A stretch of 64,000 nt of DNA from Clostridia bacterium (GTDB lineage: Bacteria > Bacillota > Clostridia > Oscillospirales > CAG-272). The position numbers and the translations under genes are program-made. The DNA lies in NCBI GenBank assembly GCA_017468385.1, contig JAFUIQ010000032.1, positions 71,272 to 135,271 of the forward strand. Reading direction: 5' to 3'. The notes under the pieces are model-generated. The model was not told where the DNA came from. It was given only the letters and a program-made list of their open reading frames with translations, and did no database searches. This document shows, in pieces, positions 19,913 to 29,077 of the stretch. Each line of letters opens with the position of its first letter. Within the stretch, counting starts at the first letter, position 1.

Positions 19913-20785
19913 TTATGACAATTTTCTTCGTAGTGCGCTGAGGAATCCGCCTTGTTTGATGCGGATCAAATTGGTATGATAAGGAGAGCGGAAAATCCGC
20001 ACGGTATCCGTGGGGTGCAGCATAATGCTCTCCTGTCCGTCGATGGACAAAAAAGCGGTATTTCCGCGGCTGCTTATGTTCCGGAATTCCAAGGTGGAAT
20101 CCCCGCTGAAAATAACGGGGCGATTGTTCATGGTCTGGGGACAGATGGGCGTGGCGCAGATGCAGTTGAGGCACGGATCCAGAATCGGGCCGCCCGCCGA
20201 CATGGAATAGGCGGTGGATCCGGTAGGCGCCGCCAGAATCATACCGTCGGCGTAGCAGTTCTCCACCAGTTCCCCGTTGCAGTACAATCCGAAGGAAAGC
20301 AGTTTTGGCAAAGGGCCGTTGGTAAGGACGATATCGTTGAGTGCGGGGGTATCCACGCCGAGGATCGTATCCTCCCGAAGAATCTGCACATCCAGCATGA
20401 TGCGCCGCTCGATGATTCCCTCCCCCGTCACGATGGCGTCCAGAAGATCGGTTTCGTTGCTTTCGATCTCCGCCAGATATCCCAGCCGGCCGCAGTTGAT
20501 GCCCGCAATGGGGATCTCCCGGCCCACGCTGCTGCGCGCCGCCCGGATGATGGAGCCATCCCCGCCGAAGACCAGGATCAGATCGGCCTTTTCGTATAGC
20601 GGGTCTTTATCCTCGAAGAAAGCAATGCAGGCCTCCGCCTGGGAAAACATGCGTCGGCTGCTCTCCGGGGCACGGAGGTCGCATCCGATCTCATGCAGGT
20701 GGAAGACCAGACTGTTCATCCACTGCGGATCAATATTCTTTTCCGTATTCGGCATCAAAACGATCCGTTTGCGCCGCAAAGTCAT
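19913..20785 (-). CDS. nadK: NAD kinase
   Basis: GGDG motif (VFGGDGSIIRAAR) and the conserved NGxLxF/ADG blocks. 290 aa. Confidence 0.9.
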   Translation of the reverse strand: MTLRRKRIVLMPNTEKNIDPQWMNSLVFHLHEIGCDLRAPESSRRMFSQAEACIAFFEDKDPLYEKADLILVFGGDGSIIRAARSSVGREIPIAGINCGRLGYLAEIESNETDLLDAIVTGEGIIERRIMLDVQILREDTILGVDTPALNDIVLTNGPLPKLLSFGLYCNGELVENCYADGMILAAPTGSTAYSMSAGGPILDPCLNCICATPICPQTMNNRPVIFSGDSTLEFRNISSRGNTAFLSIDGQESIMLHPTDTVRIFRSPYHTNLIRIKQGGFLSALRRKLS

Positions 20786-21570
20786 ACTCTCACTATCCTA
20801 TCTATATCAATATGAGATACGTCGATGGGTCCGGGTGTATCGGATTTGATGCACCACATAAGAAACTCCCGGTTGCCGTCCCCGCCGGTAATGGGAGACG
20901 GGATCACCGCCTGGGGCAAAAGGCCGCAAAGGAGGGCGCTGTCCAGGACCCGGGTAATGGCCGCCTTATGCTGGGCGGGGGATTTAACGATCCCATGCCG
21001 ATCCAGCGCACCGCGGCCACATTCAAACTGAGGCTTGATCAGGCCCACATAGATGCCGCCGGGAATCAGGATATCCCGGACATTGGGCAATATGTAGGTC
21101 TGGGAGATAAAGGACAGATCCGCCACGGCCATATCGCACAGGCACCCGAAGGTGTCCGGGGTCAAATTCCGGGCATTGAAATGCTCGATATTGACCACAC
21201 GGCTATCCGCACACAGGGTGGGATCCAACTGGCCCGCACCGGAATCCACCGCAAATACGCGGGCGGCGCCGCGGCGCAGAAGGCAATCGGTAAAGCCGCC
21301 GGTGGAGGCACCGATGTCGGCGCAGATCTTCCCTGCCGCATCGATACGGAAGGCGGTCAGCGCGCCATCCAGTTTCATACCGCCGCGGCCCACAAAGGGA
21401 TGGGTCTGTCCGGTGACACACACATCCGGGGACAAGCTGTCATCGATATCGAAAGACGGCTTGCGAATCACGTTTCCGTTCACGGTGATAAATCCGCCGT
21501 CGATCCATTCTTTTGCGCGGGTACGGCTGGGGGCCAGCCCCGCCGTCACCAAATAGGTATCCAGCCTCAT
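20782..21570 (-). CDS. tlyA: TlyA family rRNA 2'-O-methyltransferase
   Basis: N-terminal S4 domain plus an FtsJ-type SAM motif (DIGASTGGFTD). 4-nt overlap with nadK. Confidence 0.88.
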   Translation of the reverse strand: MRLDTYLVTAGLAPSRTRAKEWIDGGFITVNGNVIRKPSFDIDDSLSPDVCVTGQTHPFVGRGGMKLDGALTAFRIDAAGKICADIGASTGGFTDCLLRRGAARVFAVDSGAGQLDPTLCADSRVVNIEHFNARNLTPDTFGCLCDMAVADLSFISQTYILPNVRDILIPGGIYVGLIKPQFECGRGALDRHGIVKSPAQHKAAITRVLDSALLCGLLPQAVIPSPITGGDGNREFLMWCIKSDTPGPIDVSHIDIDRIVRV

Positions 21571-22019
21571 GACATGGGAACCACAAAGGGGATCACAATG
21601 CCCAACAGGGCGCCCATGACCACCTGAAGGGGGGTGTGGCCGATCAGTTCCTTCAAGCTGGCCTCCGCCAGAATCGGATCGCCGGAGGTAAGGCCTTCCA
21701 GCAGGCGATTGAGGATCTTCGCGTGTTCACCGGCGGCACGGCGCACACCGGCCGCGTCATACATGACAACGGATGCCAGCACAAAGGTGATGGCAAACAG
21801 CGGCGATCCCACGCCGTACAATCGGGCGCAGGAGATGCACAGGGCCGCCACGGTGGATGCGTGGGAGGACGGCATGCCGCCGGAGGCAAACATCAATTTC
21901 ATATCCAGTTTGCGATCCCGGATGATGCAGATAATAATTTTCAGAATCTGTGCGAGGAAGTAGCCGATCACCGCACAGATCAGCATGTAATTGGACAAAA
22001 GAGACGTCAGAAACTCCAT
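21567..22019 (-). CDS. Divergent PAP2 family membrane protein (YuiD-like)
   Basis: 150-aa membrane protein with the GGMPSSHAS motif typical of acid phosphatase/vanadium-haloperoxidase-related proteins. Confidence 0.75.
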   Translation of the reverse strand: MEFLTSLLSNYMLICAVIGYFLAQILKIIICIIRDRKLDMKLMFASGGMPSSHASTVAALCISCARLYGVGSPLFAITFVLASVVMYDAAGVRRAAGEHAKILNRLLEGLTSGDPILAEASLKELIGHTPLQVVMGALLGIVIPFVVPMS

Positions 22020-22020
22020 C

Positions 22021-22902
22021 TCAGCTTTTCCTTTTCATAAGATGCTGGGCCAGAGCGCACAACAGCTCACTGCCGGGGTAATCGCGGATGGCGTCGATGG
22101 CGTCCTGTGTGCATTTGCGGGCCAATTCTTCCGCCTCTGCGGGAGAATAGAAGGTGAGAATGGTCTTTTTTCCATTTTTCTCATCACTTCCGATGGGCTT
22201 GCCCAAAACGGCCACATCGCCCTGCACGTCCAGAAGGTCGTCGATGATCTGGAACGCCAGACCGATTCCGTCCGCATAGCGGTGGATATTGGCGATAACC
22301 TTGCCGTCCGGCTTGTCCGTGGCGGCATAATAACCCAGCAGGCACGCAGTGCGGATCAACGCACCGGTTTTCATCTGCTGGAGACGAACCAGCTCGTCAA
22401 AGGTGGCGCACTCCTCCGCCAGGTCGTAATACTGACCGCCCGCCATGCCGAGAGCACCGGCACCATGCGCCATTTCTCGCACCGCCAGGCGGATCGCCTC
22501 GGGAGAAACGGAGGGATTATACGCGGCCACCTCAAAGGCCTGCGTCAGCAGTGTATCGCCTGCCAGAAGCGCATTGGCTTCGCCGTAGGCTTTGTGGCAG
22601 GAGGGCTTGCCGCGGCGCATATCGCTGTTATCCATACAGGGCATATCGTCATGCACCAGAGAATAGGCGTGGATCATCTCAATAGCGCAGGCAAACGGCA
22701 GAGAGGCCGCATCCGTTCCGCCGAAGAGCCGACAGAAATGGATAGTCAGGAATCCGCGGATTCGCTTGCCACCGCCCATGGTGGCGTACCGCATGGCTTC
22801 CGCCAGCGGGGTATCCCCCGAATACACGGGAGAAAGCCAGGAATCCAGTGCAAACTCCGTCATCTGCGCGGCAGCGTACAATTCATCGTTAATGGGCAGC
22901 AT
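22021..22902 (-). CDS. ispA: Farnesyl/geranyl diphosphate synthase (polyprenyl synthetase)
   Basis: First Asp-rich motif is LVHDDMPCMDNSDMRRG. Second Asp-rich motif is FQIIDDLLD. Confidence 0.9.
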   Translation of the reverse strand: MLPINDELYAAAQMTEFALDSWLSPVYSGDTPLAEAMRYATMGGGKRIRGFLTIHFCRLFGGTDAASLPFACAIEMIHAYSLVHDDMPCMDNSDMRRGKPSCHKAYGEANALLAGDTLLTQAFEVAAYNPSVSPEAIRLAVREMAHGAGALGMAGGQYYDLAEECATFDELVRLQQMKTGALIRTACLLGYYAATDKPDGKVIANIHRYADGIGLAFQIIDDLLDVQGDVAVLGKPIGSDEKNGKKTILTFYSPAEAEELARKCTQDAIDAIRDYPGSELLCALAQHLMKRKS

Positions 22903-23140
22903 CGCTGTTTCCTCCAGTCATATCGTTTTCCTGCGCTGTACCGTCCTCGGCAAAGGTCAGGATCTTCACCCGCTGTTCCGCATTGTCCAGGCGGGTATTG
23001 CAAAGCCGCACCAGGGCGACTCCTTCTTCGTACAGGGAAAGGGATACGTCCAAGGGGGCATTTCCGCTCTCCAAAAGACGCACGATTTCTTCCAGGCGGG
23101 CCATGGCCGCCTCAAATGTCATAGTTTCATCCATTTTCAT
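22889..23140 (-). CDS. xseB: Exodeoxyribonuclease VII small subunit
   Basis: 83 aa with the typical FEAAMARLEEIV...LE pattern. Overlaps the xseA stop and the ispA start. Confidence 0.88.
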   Translation of the reverse strand: MKMDETMTFEAAMARLEEIVRLLESGNAPLDVSLSLYEEGVALVRLCNTRLDNAEQRVKILTFAEDGTAQENDMTGGNSDAAH

Positions 23141-24390
23141 GATGGATTCCTCCGTACTTCCCGAATCTGCGCATCCGCTTCCCCGTCCGCCAGGCGGAAG
23201 GTGATGGACGCACCGGGTGTAAGTTGATCGGTGTGCTTGATGATCTCGCCGCCCTCACCGTACACGGCGCTGTACCCGCGGGACAGAACAGACAGAGGAT
23301 TCAGTGCCTCCATCTTTCCCGCGATGGCTTTCAGCTGTGCCTGTTTGATGGAGAGCGAATTGGTCTGGGACAACGCAAGCCGTTCCGTCAGTGTGCTCAG
23401 GTGCATCCGTTTATCGTCGATGAAATTCATGGGACTGCGGAGCGCACGGGAATCCGACAGGCGTTTCAGATATTCCCGGCGGCGGGCGATGACTTGCGTC
23501 AGCACCGCGTTCTCCCGGGAGATGATGTTGTTGATTTTTCGCTTCAATTCGGCCGTTTCCGGCAGAGCGATCTCCGCCGCGGCGGAGGGGGTTGGTGCCC
23601 GCCGGTCGGCCACGAAATCGCAGATGGTGAAATCCGTTTCGTGTCCCACGGCGGAAATGATGGGTATCCGCGATGCGGCCACGGTCCGTGCCAGCTGCTC
23701 ATCGTTGAAGGCCCACAGATCCTCAATGGATCCGCCGCCGCGGCCGATGATGATCACATCGGCGGAAGCGGTGCGGTTGAAATACTGCACGCCCTCGATC
23801 AGCTGTGCCGCCGCGCCCGGTCCTTGGACGAGAGATGGATACAGAATCAGTTTGGCGAAGGGGAATCGGCGTCCCGCCACATGGATCATATCCCGCACGG
23901 CGGCGCCGGTGGCCGAAGTGATGATACCCACGCGGGTGGGAATCTTCGGCAGGGGCTTTTTCCGGGAGGGGTCAAACAGTCCCTCGCTCTCCAGCCGTTT
24001 TTTCAGTTGTTCGTAAGCGATGTACAAAGCGCCCACGCCGTCCGGCTCCAGGGAATCCGCGTACAGCTGATACTGTCCGTCCCGGACAAAGGCGGACACC
24101 CGCCCGTGGACCACCACGCGCATGCCGTTCTCCGGCATGAATTTCAATTTAGCCGCGCTGGAGCGGAACATGACCGCGCGGATCAGACCGCCATCATCCT
24201 TTAAGGTGAAGTAGAAATGGCCGGTGCCGTAATGATTCTTGAAATTGGAGATCTCGCCCTTCACATACACATCGGCCAGCTGCGCGGAGCCGTCGATGAG
24301 CTGCTTGACGAATTCATTCAGTTGGGTAACGGTAACCGCGCCGGGAAAGCGGCCGCTTTCCTCCGGGACGTTATGCATGGTCTCCGACAT
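23137..24390 (-). CDS. xseA: Exodeoxyribonuclease VII large subunit
   Basis: N-terminal OB-fold (VYVKGEISNFK) and the catalytic region (GIITSATGAAVRD, RGGGSIEDLW). The start was trimmed to ATG 24390. Confidence 0.9.
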   Translation of the reverse strand: MSETMHNVPEESGRFPGAVTVTQLNEFVKQLIDGSAQLADVYVKGEISNFKNHYGTGHFYFTLKDDGGLIRAVMFRSSAAKLKFMPENGMRVVVHGRVSAFVRDGQYQLYADSLEPDGVGALYIAYEQLKKRLESEGLFDPSRKKPLPKIPTRVGIITSATGAAVRDMIHVAGRRFPFAKLILYPSLVQGPGAAAQLIEGVQYFNRTASADVIIIGRGGGSIEDLWAFNDEQLARTVAASRIPIISAVGHETDFTICDFVADRRAPTPSAAAEIALPETAELKRKINNIISRENAVLTQVIARRREYLKRLSDSRALRSPMNFIDDKRMHLSTLTERLALSQTNSLSIKQAQLKAIAGKMEALNPLSVLSRGYSAVYGEGGEIIKHTDQLTPGASITFRLADGEADAQIREVRRNPS

Positions 24391-25363
24391 GATCTCTCTC
24401 CGATTGCAAATAGGTATGGCGGGCCAGCAGAGCCGTCCCCGCCGCATTATCCGATGAAAACCGGGGCTGTGCGAAATAGGCCCCCTCCTCCGCCAGCATA
24501 TGGCGGATGCGCTGACAACTCATAACGCCGCCCGCGAACACGATGGGCAGATCGCCGTGCGTCTCTCGCAGATGATCCCGCATGCCGCACAGGGTGCGTC
24601 CCACAAAATCCAGAACGAAAGCGGACGTCATGGCCGCGTCGCCCGTGGTATCGTACATCTGCCGCGCTTTATTCTCCACGCCGGACAGATTGCACGTCAG
24701 GCCGCTGACGGACACTTTGGCTCGCTGTACTTTCCCCGTATAGGTTTCGGCCAGCCGTTCCATTTCCGCTCCGGCGGGAAAACGAAGGCCCATATACACG
24801 CCGGCCCGGTCGATGGCCTGTCCTGCGTTGATATCATTGGTACCGCCCAACTTGGTCACGTGGAACACGTGCTCCCCGTGGGGCTCTACATACAGCACTT
24901 CCGTGGTACCGCCGGACACATGAAAGGCGGCAAACGGTTTCCCGATCAGATGCATGGCATCGGCGGAATGAAGAGCCGCCATCACGTGCCCCGCCTGATG
25001 GGAAAACGGAAGCACAGGTACGCCCAGCATGGCACCGGCGGTCTCTGCCGCCGCCATACCGGACAAGAAGCAAGGCATATACGATCCCTCGGCATCCCGG
25101 GGATAGGCGGACACGCCGACAGCGACGATCTGGCAGGGCTCTTTTGCCTTGGCATCCGTCACCGCACGGCGCAGCTGCGACACCACTGCAGGCAGATTGC
25201 GTACATGATGGAACACGGCATCGCTCTGCCGGAGTCCCCGCTCCCCTTCCGCTACGGGAAGAAGCTGCTTGGCGTTGCAGAGCACATTTCCCGCCTCATC
25301 GCACAGTGCCGCCGAGGTGGTATAATTGCTGGTATCCAGCCCGACGAACAGCCGCTTGCTCAT
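24371..25363 (-). CDS. Kae1/TsaD-like (peptidase M22/ASKHA fold) protein
   Basis: The N-terminal GLDTSNYTTS block and overall pattern resemble the glycoprotease/TsaD family, but the sequence is divergent from canonical TsaD. 330 aa. Confidence 0.5.
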   Translation of the reverse strand: MSKRLFVGLDTSNYTTSAALCDEAGNVLCNAKQLLPVAEGERGLRQSDAVFHHVRNLPAVVSQLRRAVTDAKAKEPCQIVAVGVSAYPRDAEGSYMPCFLSGMAAAETAGAMLGVPVLPFSHQAGHVMAALHSADAMHLIGKPFAAFHVSGGTTEVLYVEPHGEHVFHVTKLGGTNDINAGQAIDRAGVYMGLRFPAGAEMERLAETYTGKVQRAKVSVSGLTCNLSGVENKARQMYDTTGDAAMTSAFVLDFVGRTLCGMRDHLRETHGDLPIVFAGGVMSCQRIRHMLAEEGAYFAQPRFSSDNAAGTALLARHTYLQSERDHVGDHA

Positions 25364-25797
25364 TCGGCACTTTCCGTTTCCGTCTCGGCGGGGGCTGTCA
25401 GTTTGCCGCTCTCTTTGGCAATCTGATTCAGAATGCCGTTGATGAACGCAGGCGCCGCCTCATCGTCATAGATCTTGGCCAGCTCCACCGCTTCGTTGAT
25501 GGCGGCGCGGGGCGGAACCTCCCCCCACAGAATCTCATACACCGCCAGGCGGAGAATGGAGCGGGTCACGGCCGCCATACGGGACAATTTCCACCTATGG
25601 GCGTTCTGCGCAATCAAGGCATCCGTTTCCGCCCGATGCTCCAAAGCCCCGAAATAGGTATCCCGTATGTAGGGCGTCTCCTCCATGCCGCGCAATTCAA
25701 AGGCGTTGGCATAGATTACGGACGGAGTCTCGGACATATGAAATTCCGTTTCAAACAAAAGCTGGAAAACTGTTTCTCTCTCTTTACGTCTGGACAT
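25360..25797 (-). CDS. nusB: Transcription antitermination factor NusB
   Basis: RRKERETVFQLLF N-terminus and the conserved ILRLAVYEIL block. ATG 25797, with GTG 25806 as an alternative. Confidence 0.9.
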   Translation of the reverse strand: MSRRKERETVFQLLFETEFHMSETPSVIYANAFELRGMEETPYIRDTYFGALEHRAETDALIAQNAHRWKLSRMAAVTRSILRLAVYEILWGEVPPRAAINEAVELAKIYDDEAAPAFINGILNQIAKESGKLTAPAETETESAE

Positions 25798-26392
25798 ACA
25801 CAGCACAACTGCCCGATGGGGCAGATCCTTTCCTCAGTTGCATATAATAACATATAATTATCTAAATTTATTCATTGTATATTATACATTCCCGCGCCTG
25901 TATTGTCAATCCGTTGAAGGAATTTATTCACTGGATTTCTGTATATCGGGAAATAAATATATTGTAGGAATTGCGCCGGAAGAAACCCATTTCTGCCGTA
26001 AGACGGCAGGCATATTCCCCTTTTGCATAACACATATTTATACTGTATATGCATATAGCACATCATGTGGGAACAAGCACACTATGCATAAAAGCAAGAA
26101 CGCGGTCCCCATCGGTCAGCCGTTTCCGACAAAATATCTTTTCACATTGGGAATTCGCACACATAATCCTGCACCGGCGGGAGGATATTAGCACATTGTC
26201 TAAAACAAAAAGGCGCACGCCTATTATGGAATGGGGGTCGCTGTGCAGGAGATGCCGGAACATTCCTCCGATCGGATGGTGAATAATTTGTAAAATCCTC
26301 GCAAAAACGCGCAAATCTTGCCGATTCTCTTGCAAAAAATGCATTTCCATGGTATCCTATGTAGAGAAATTGCGCAAAGGGGTTATTCGTCC

Positions 26393-26833
26393 ATGAAAGC
26401 ACTCGCACGGCTGGGCAAAATTTTGTCCGTCGCCTGTATATACTTTACTGTTGTCACCCTGCTGTTGTATACCTGCGGCAGTATAGTTGCCGAATCCGGC
26501 CATCAATGGATCCCTACGCTGCAAATGCTGTACATGCTTCTGGTATTTTGTATTCTGTTCGAAGCGGTCAATCAACTGGTGCTGCGGACCCGTCTGCCGT
26601 ATGTGCTGAAGCTTCTTCTGCACTACGGTGCCTGCACGCTGATTTTCTCCGTAATTTTTATCGTGTGGGGACAGACCGCTGTCAACGCCGGCAGTACTCT
26701 GGTAATCCTGACCGCGTTTACGCTGGTCTATGCCGCCTGTGCCGTGATTCTTGCGTTTATTCGCTCCCTCGGCCGCGCCAAGCAAAACCGGGAATCCGCC
26801 TACGAAAGCCAGTTCAAGAATGTCAAAAAATAA
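26393..26833 (+). CDS. Small integral membrane protein (four predicted TM helices), function unknown
   Basis: Hydrophobic 146-aa ORF. ATG 26393 has AAAGGGG upstream. A TTGCAA-17-TATCCT promoter-like element lies at about 26328-26356. Confidence 0.6.
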   Translation: MKALARLGKILSVACIYFTVVTLLLYTCGSIVAESGHQWIPTLQMLYMLLVFCILFEAVNQLVLRTRLPYVLKLLLHYGACTLIFSVIFIVWGQTAVNAGSTLVILTAFTLVYAACAVILAFIRSLGRAKQNRESAYESQFKNVKK

Positions 26834-26859
26834 TCTTTGTTGTATAAGCAGGCAATTGT

Positions 26860-27846
26860 ATGTATAAAAACTATAAATCATCTACCAACTCCCGCTTCTT
26901 CTTTGTGGTGGTCGCGGTCATGGCGTGCGTGCTGATTGTAGCCGGATTGGTTGCATCCCACGGCGCCTTATTCCAACGCACAGGGCCGAAGGACACCCAA
27001 CCTCCCGTTACCGATCCCACTCCGGGTATTCCTCCCGAGGACACCGGATCGGCAGAGGACACGACAACGGCGCCTGATGGCACCACCGAGGAGCCCATAA
27101 CCGAGCCACCCGCCACCGATCCCGTAACTACCGATGCGCCGATTACCGATCCGCCCGCAACGGAGTCCGGCACCTCCGCGCCGGATGTTCCGCCCAGCGG
27201 TGACTATATCCTGAGTGAAACCCCGGATGCCGGCGTAGAATATCAGGATAGAATCGTATTTCTCGGTGACTCCACCACCTATTCCCTCCTGTATTACGGG
27301 GTATTGAGCGGCGGACGGGAAAGTCTGCAGGTATGGACACCCAAATCCCGCACGCTCTCCCTGGATCTGGCTTTGACCACGACGATTCTGTACCCGGAAA
27401 CGGGCGATGAAATCACCATCAAGGAAGCAGTTGCGCAAAAGAAGCCCGAGATCATGGTCATCACGTTGGGTGTGAACGGCATCTCGTACATGCACGATAA
27501 AAAAGATTACTTCATCTCCGTATACACAAAACTGGTCAAGTTGATTCAGGATGCATCCCCCGATACAGAGATCATTCTGCAATCCATTTATCCCGTGGCA
27601 CGGAGCTGGGAAAAGACAAAGTCCATCAACAACGAACGCATCCGCCTTGCCAATGAATGGATCTGCCAGGTGGCGGAGGACTGCGGCATCCATTATCTGG
27701 ACACGATCCGCGTACTCGCCGATGAGGAAGGATTCTTACCGGAATCCTATCAGAACGGCGACGGACTGCACCTGAACGCCGCTTCCTGCGGCATCGTACT
27801 GAATTACATCCGCACCCATGCCCTGCCGGAATACATTACCGAATAA
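26860..27846 (+). CDS. Membrane-anchored SGNH/GDSL-family hydrolase
   Basis: N-terminal TM helix and a Pro/Thr-rich linker. Block I is GDS (VFLGDSTT). Block V is DxxH (NGDGLHLN). Confidence 0.8.
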   Translation: MYKNYKSSTNSRFFFVVVAVMACVLIVAGLVASHGALFQRTGPKDTQPPVTDPTPGIPPEDTGSAEDTTTAPDGTTEEPITEPPATDPVTTDAPITDPPATESGTSAPDVPPSGDYILSETPDAGVEYQDRIVFLGDSTTYSLLYYGVLSGGRESLQVWTPKSRTLSLDLALTTTILYPETGDEITIKEAVAQKKPEIMVITLGVNGISYMHDKKDYFISVYTKLVKLIQDASPDTEIILQSIYPVARSWEKTKSINNERIRLANEWICQVAEDCGIHYLDTIRVLADEEGFLPESYQNGDGLHLNAASCGIVLNYIRTHALPEYITE

Positions 27847-27863
27847 GAAAGGACCGGACATCC

Positions 27864-28355
27864 ATGAAAAAACGAATTCTGACGGCGCTTCTGGCGCTGG
27901 CACTGCTGGCACTTCCCTCCTGCAAAGGAAACACTGCCCCCACCTATCGCGCCGATATACCATCTGCCGATGTATATGCTTCCGTTGCCGAGGTGATCTC
28001 CCCCGATGCACCGCTGGCCGCCGCCGATGAGGACTACATCCGCTACCGCATGATGCTGGATACCACCATTATGGAGGACTGCTCCATCTACATGCAGAAT
28101 ACCGGCTCCTCCCTGGACGAAATCGGCATCATTAAGGCGATCGGTGAGGACACCGCCGCCGTAGAGAAGGCTGTACAGGACTATCTGACCCAGCGAAACG
28201 AGGAATGGACCGGCATGTATCTGGTAGAGGAGTATCCCAAGTTGCGGGACGCGGAATACAAGGTATTCGGCCGGTATGTGGTGTACGGAATCCTGTCTGA
28301 CGCAGACAAAACCGCGCTGTTTGAGGCTGTATCCACCGCTTTGGTTGAGAAATAA
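27864..28355 (+). CDS. DUF4358-like lipoprotein
   Basis: Lipobox LPSCKG. The C-terminal pattern (EEWTGMYLVEEYPKLRDAEYKVFGRYVVYGILSD) resembles DUF4358. Confidence 0.65.
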   Translation: MKKRILTALLALALLALPSCKGNTAPTYRADIPSADVYASVAEVISPDAPLAAADEDYIRYRMMLDTTIMEDCSIYMQNTGSSLDEIGIIKAIGEDTAAVEKAVQDYLTQRNEEWTGMYLVEEYPKLRDAEYKVFGRYVVYGILSDADKTALFEAVSTALVEK

Positions 28356-28364
28356 TGACAAAAC

Positions 28365-28394
28365 ATAACCGGAAGGCATATGCCCTCCGGTTAT
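28365..28394. terminator. Bidirectional terminator hairpin
   Basis: ATAACCGGAAGGCA / TGCCCTCCGGTTAT stem with one mismatch, located between convergent genes. Confidence 0.65.
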
Positions 28395-28404
28395 ATCTTT
28401 TATA

Positions 28405-28596
28405 TTAGCCGTTGCAGTTTCCGCAGGACTTCTCAGCCACAAAGGATTCGCAATCCGTACACTGGCTGACGGTGGGATTGGATTCGTGGGTGCCTACCTG
28501 GATCTTGTCCAATGCGCAATAGTTGGCGGTCTTTACATGATTGCGGCACTGGGTAACGGTGCAGGCAATGCAGTAATTAGCGGTCTTGTTTTCCAT
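28405..28596 (-). CDS. DUF1540-like small Cys-rich protein
   Basis: 63 aa with two repeats of the C..C.V..C.H pattern (CIACTVTQCRNH and CTDCESF). Confidence 0.65.
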   Translation of the reverse strand: MENKTANYCIACTVTQCRNHVKTANYCALDKIQVGTHESNPTVSQCTDCESFVAEKSCGNCNG

Positions 28597-28753
28597 AGTT
28601 CGATCTCCTGTGTTTGAATTGAAACCGTTGTGATTTCACATATCAGTATTCCCCGCCCAGGGTGTTCTATGTATCGAAATGTGCAATATTCAGCCCGCAG
28701 AATCGCGCAATATTTATCTATTGCACAAAATTACAAAAAATATGAAAAAACAC

Positions 28754-28782
28754 TTGACGCGCGCAAAGTGATGTGCTATAAT
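28754..28782 (+). promoter_or_regulatory. Sigma-A promoter of tRNA-Pro
   Basis: TTGACG, 17 bp spacer, TATAAT, ending about 20 bp upstream of the tRNA 5' end. Confidence 0.7.
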
Positions 28783-28803
28783 AATTAGGCTTTGAGAGAG
28801 CAT

Positions 28804-28879
28804 CTGGGTGTGGCGCAGTTGGTAGCGCGCTACCTTGGGGTGGTAGAGGCCGCTGGTTCAAGTCCAGTCACTCAGACCA
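28804..28879 (+). tRNA. tRNA-Pro (anticodon GGG), CCA encoded
   Basis: A 76-nt cloverleaf was folded by hand. Acceptor stem CTGGGTG/CACTCAG, D-arm GCGC/GCGC, anticodon stem CTACC/GGTAG with loop TTGGGGT, T-arm GCTGG-TTCAAGT-CCAGT, discriminator A, then CCA. Confidence 0.92.
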
Positions 28880-28890
28880 AGAAAACGGGA
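28835..28890 (+). repeat. attL: direct repeat covering the tRNA-Pro anticodon loop to 3' end
   Basis: The 45 bp at 28835-28879 are identical to 55480-55524. The repeat extends to 56 bp with one mismatch. Confidence 0.9.
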
Positions 28891-29002
28891 GATAAAATCT
28901 TCCGTTTTCTTTTTTTATCTCGTTTTTTCTCTGTTTTTCGCCATTGTAACGAGATTTGGCCTCTACACTTTTAATTTTCAAAATCGAGGCAAAAACGGGT
29001 TT

Positions 29003-29024
29003 TGTGCATAGTTTGTGCATAGTT
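29003..29024 (+). repeat. Tandem 11-bp repeat TGTGCATAGTT x2 (candidate integrase arm-type sites, left arm)
   Basis: Perfect tandem duplication between attL and int. The same GTGCATA core recurs four times at 55313-55373 near attR. Confidence 0.6.
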
Positions 29025-29077
29025 TCTTTTGGAGTGCTGTATCAGCCGATTGAAATGAAAAATTTTAGGAGGCTTTT

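Noticed and set aside
28792-28974. 60-aa ORF overlapping the tRNA-Pro gene.
   Set aside because: It is fully explained by the tRNA and its terminator. It has no RBS.
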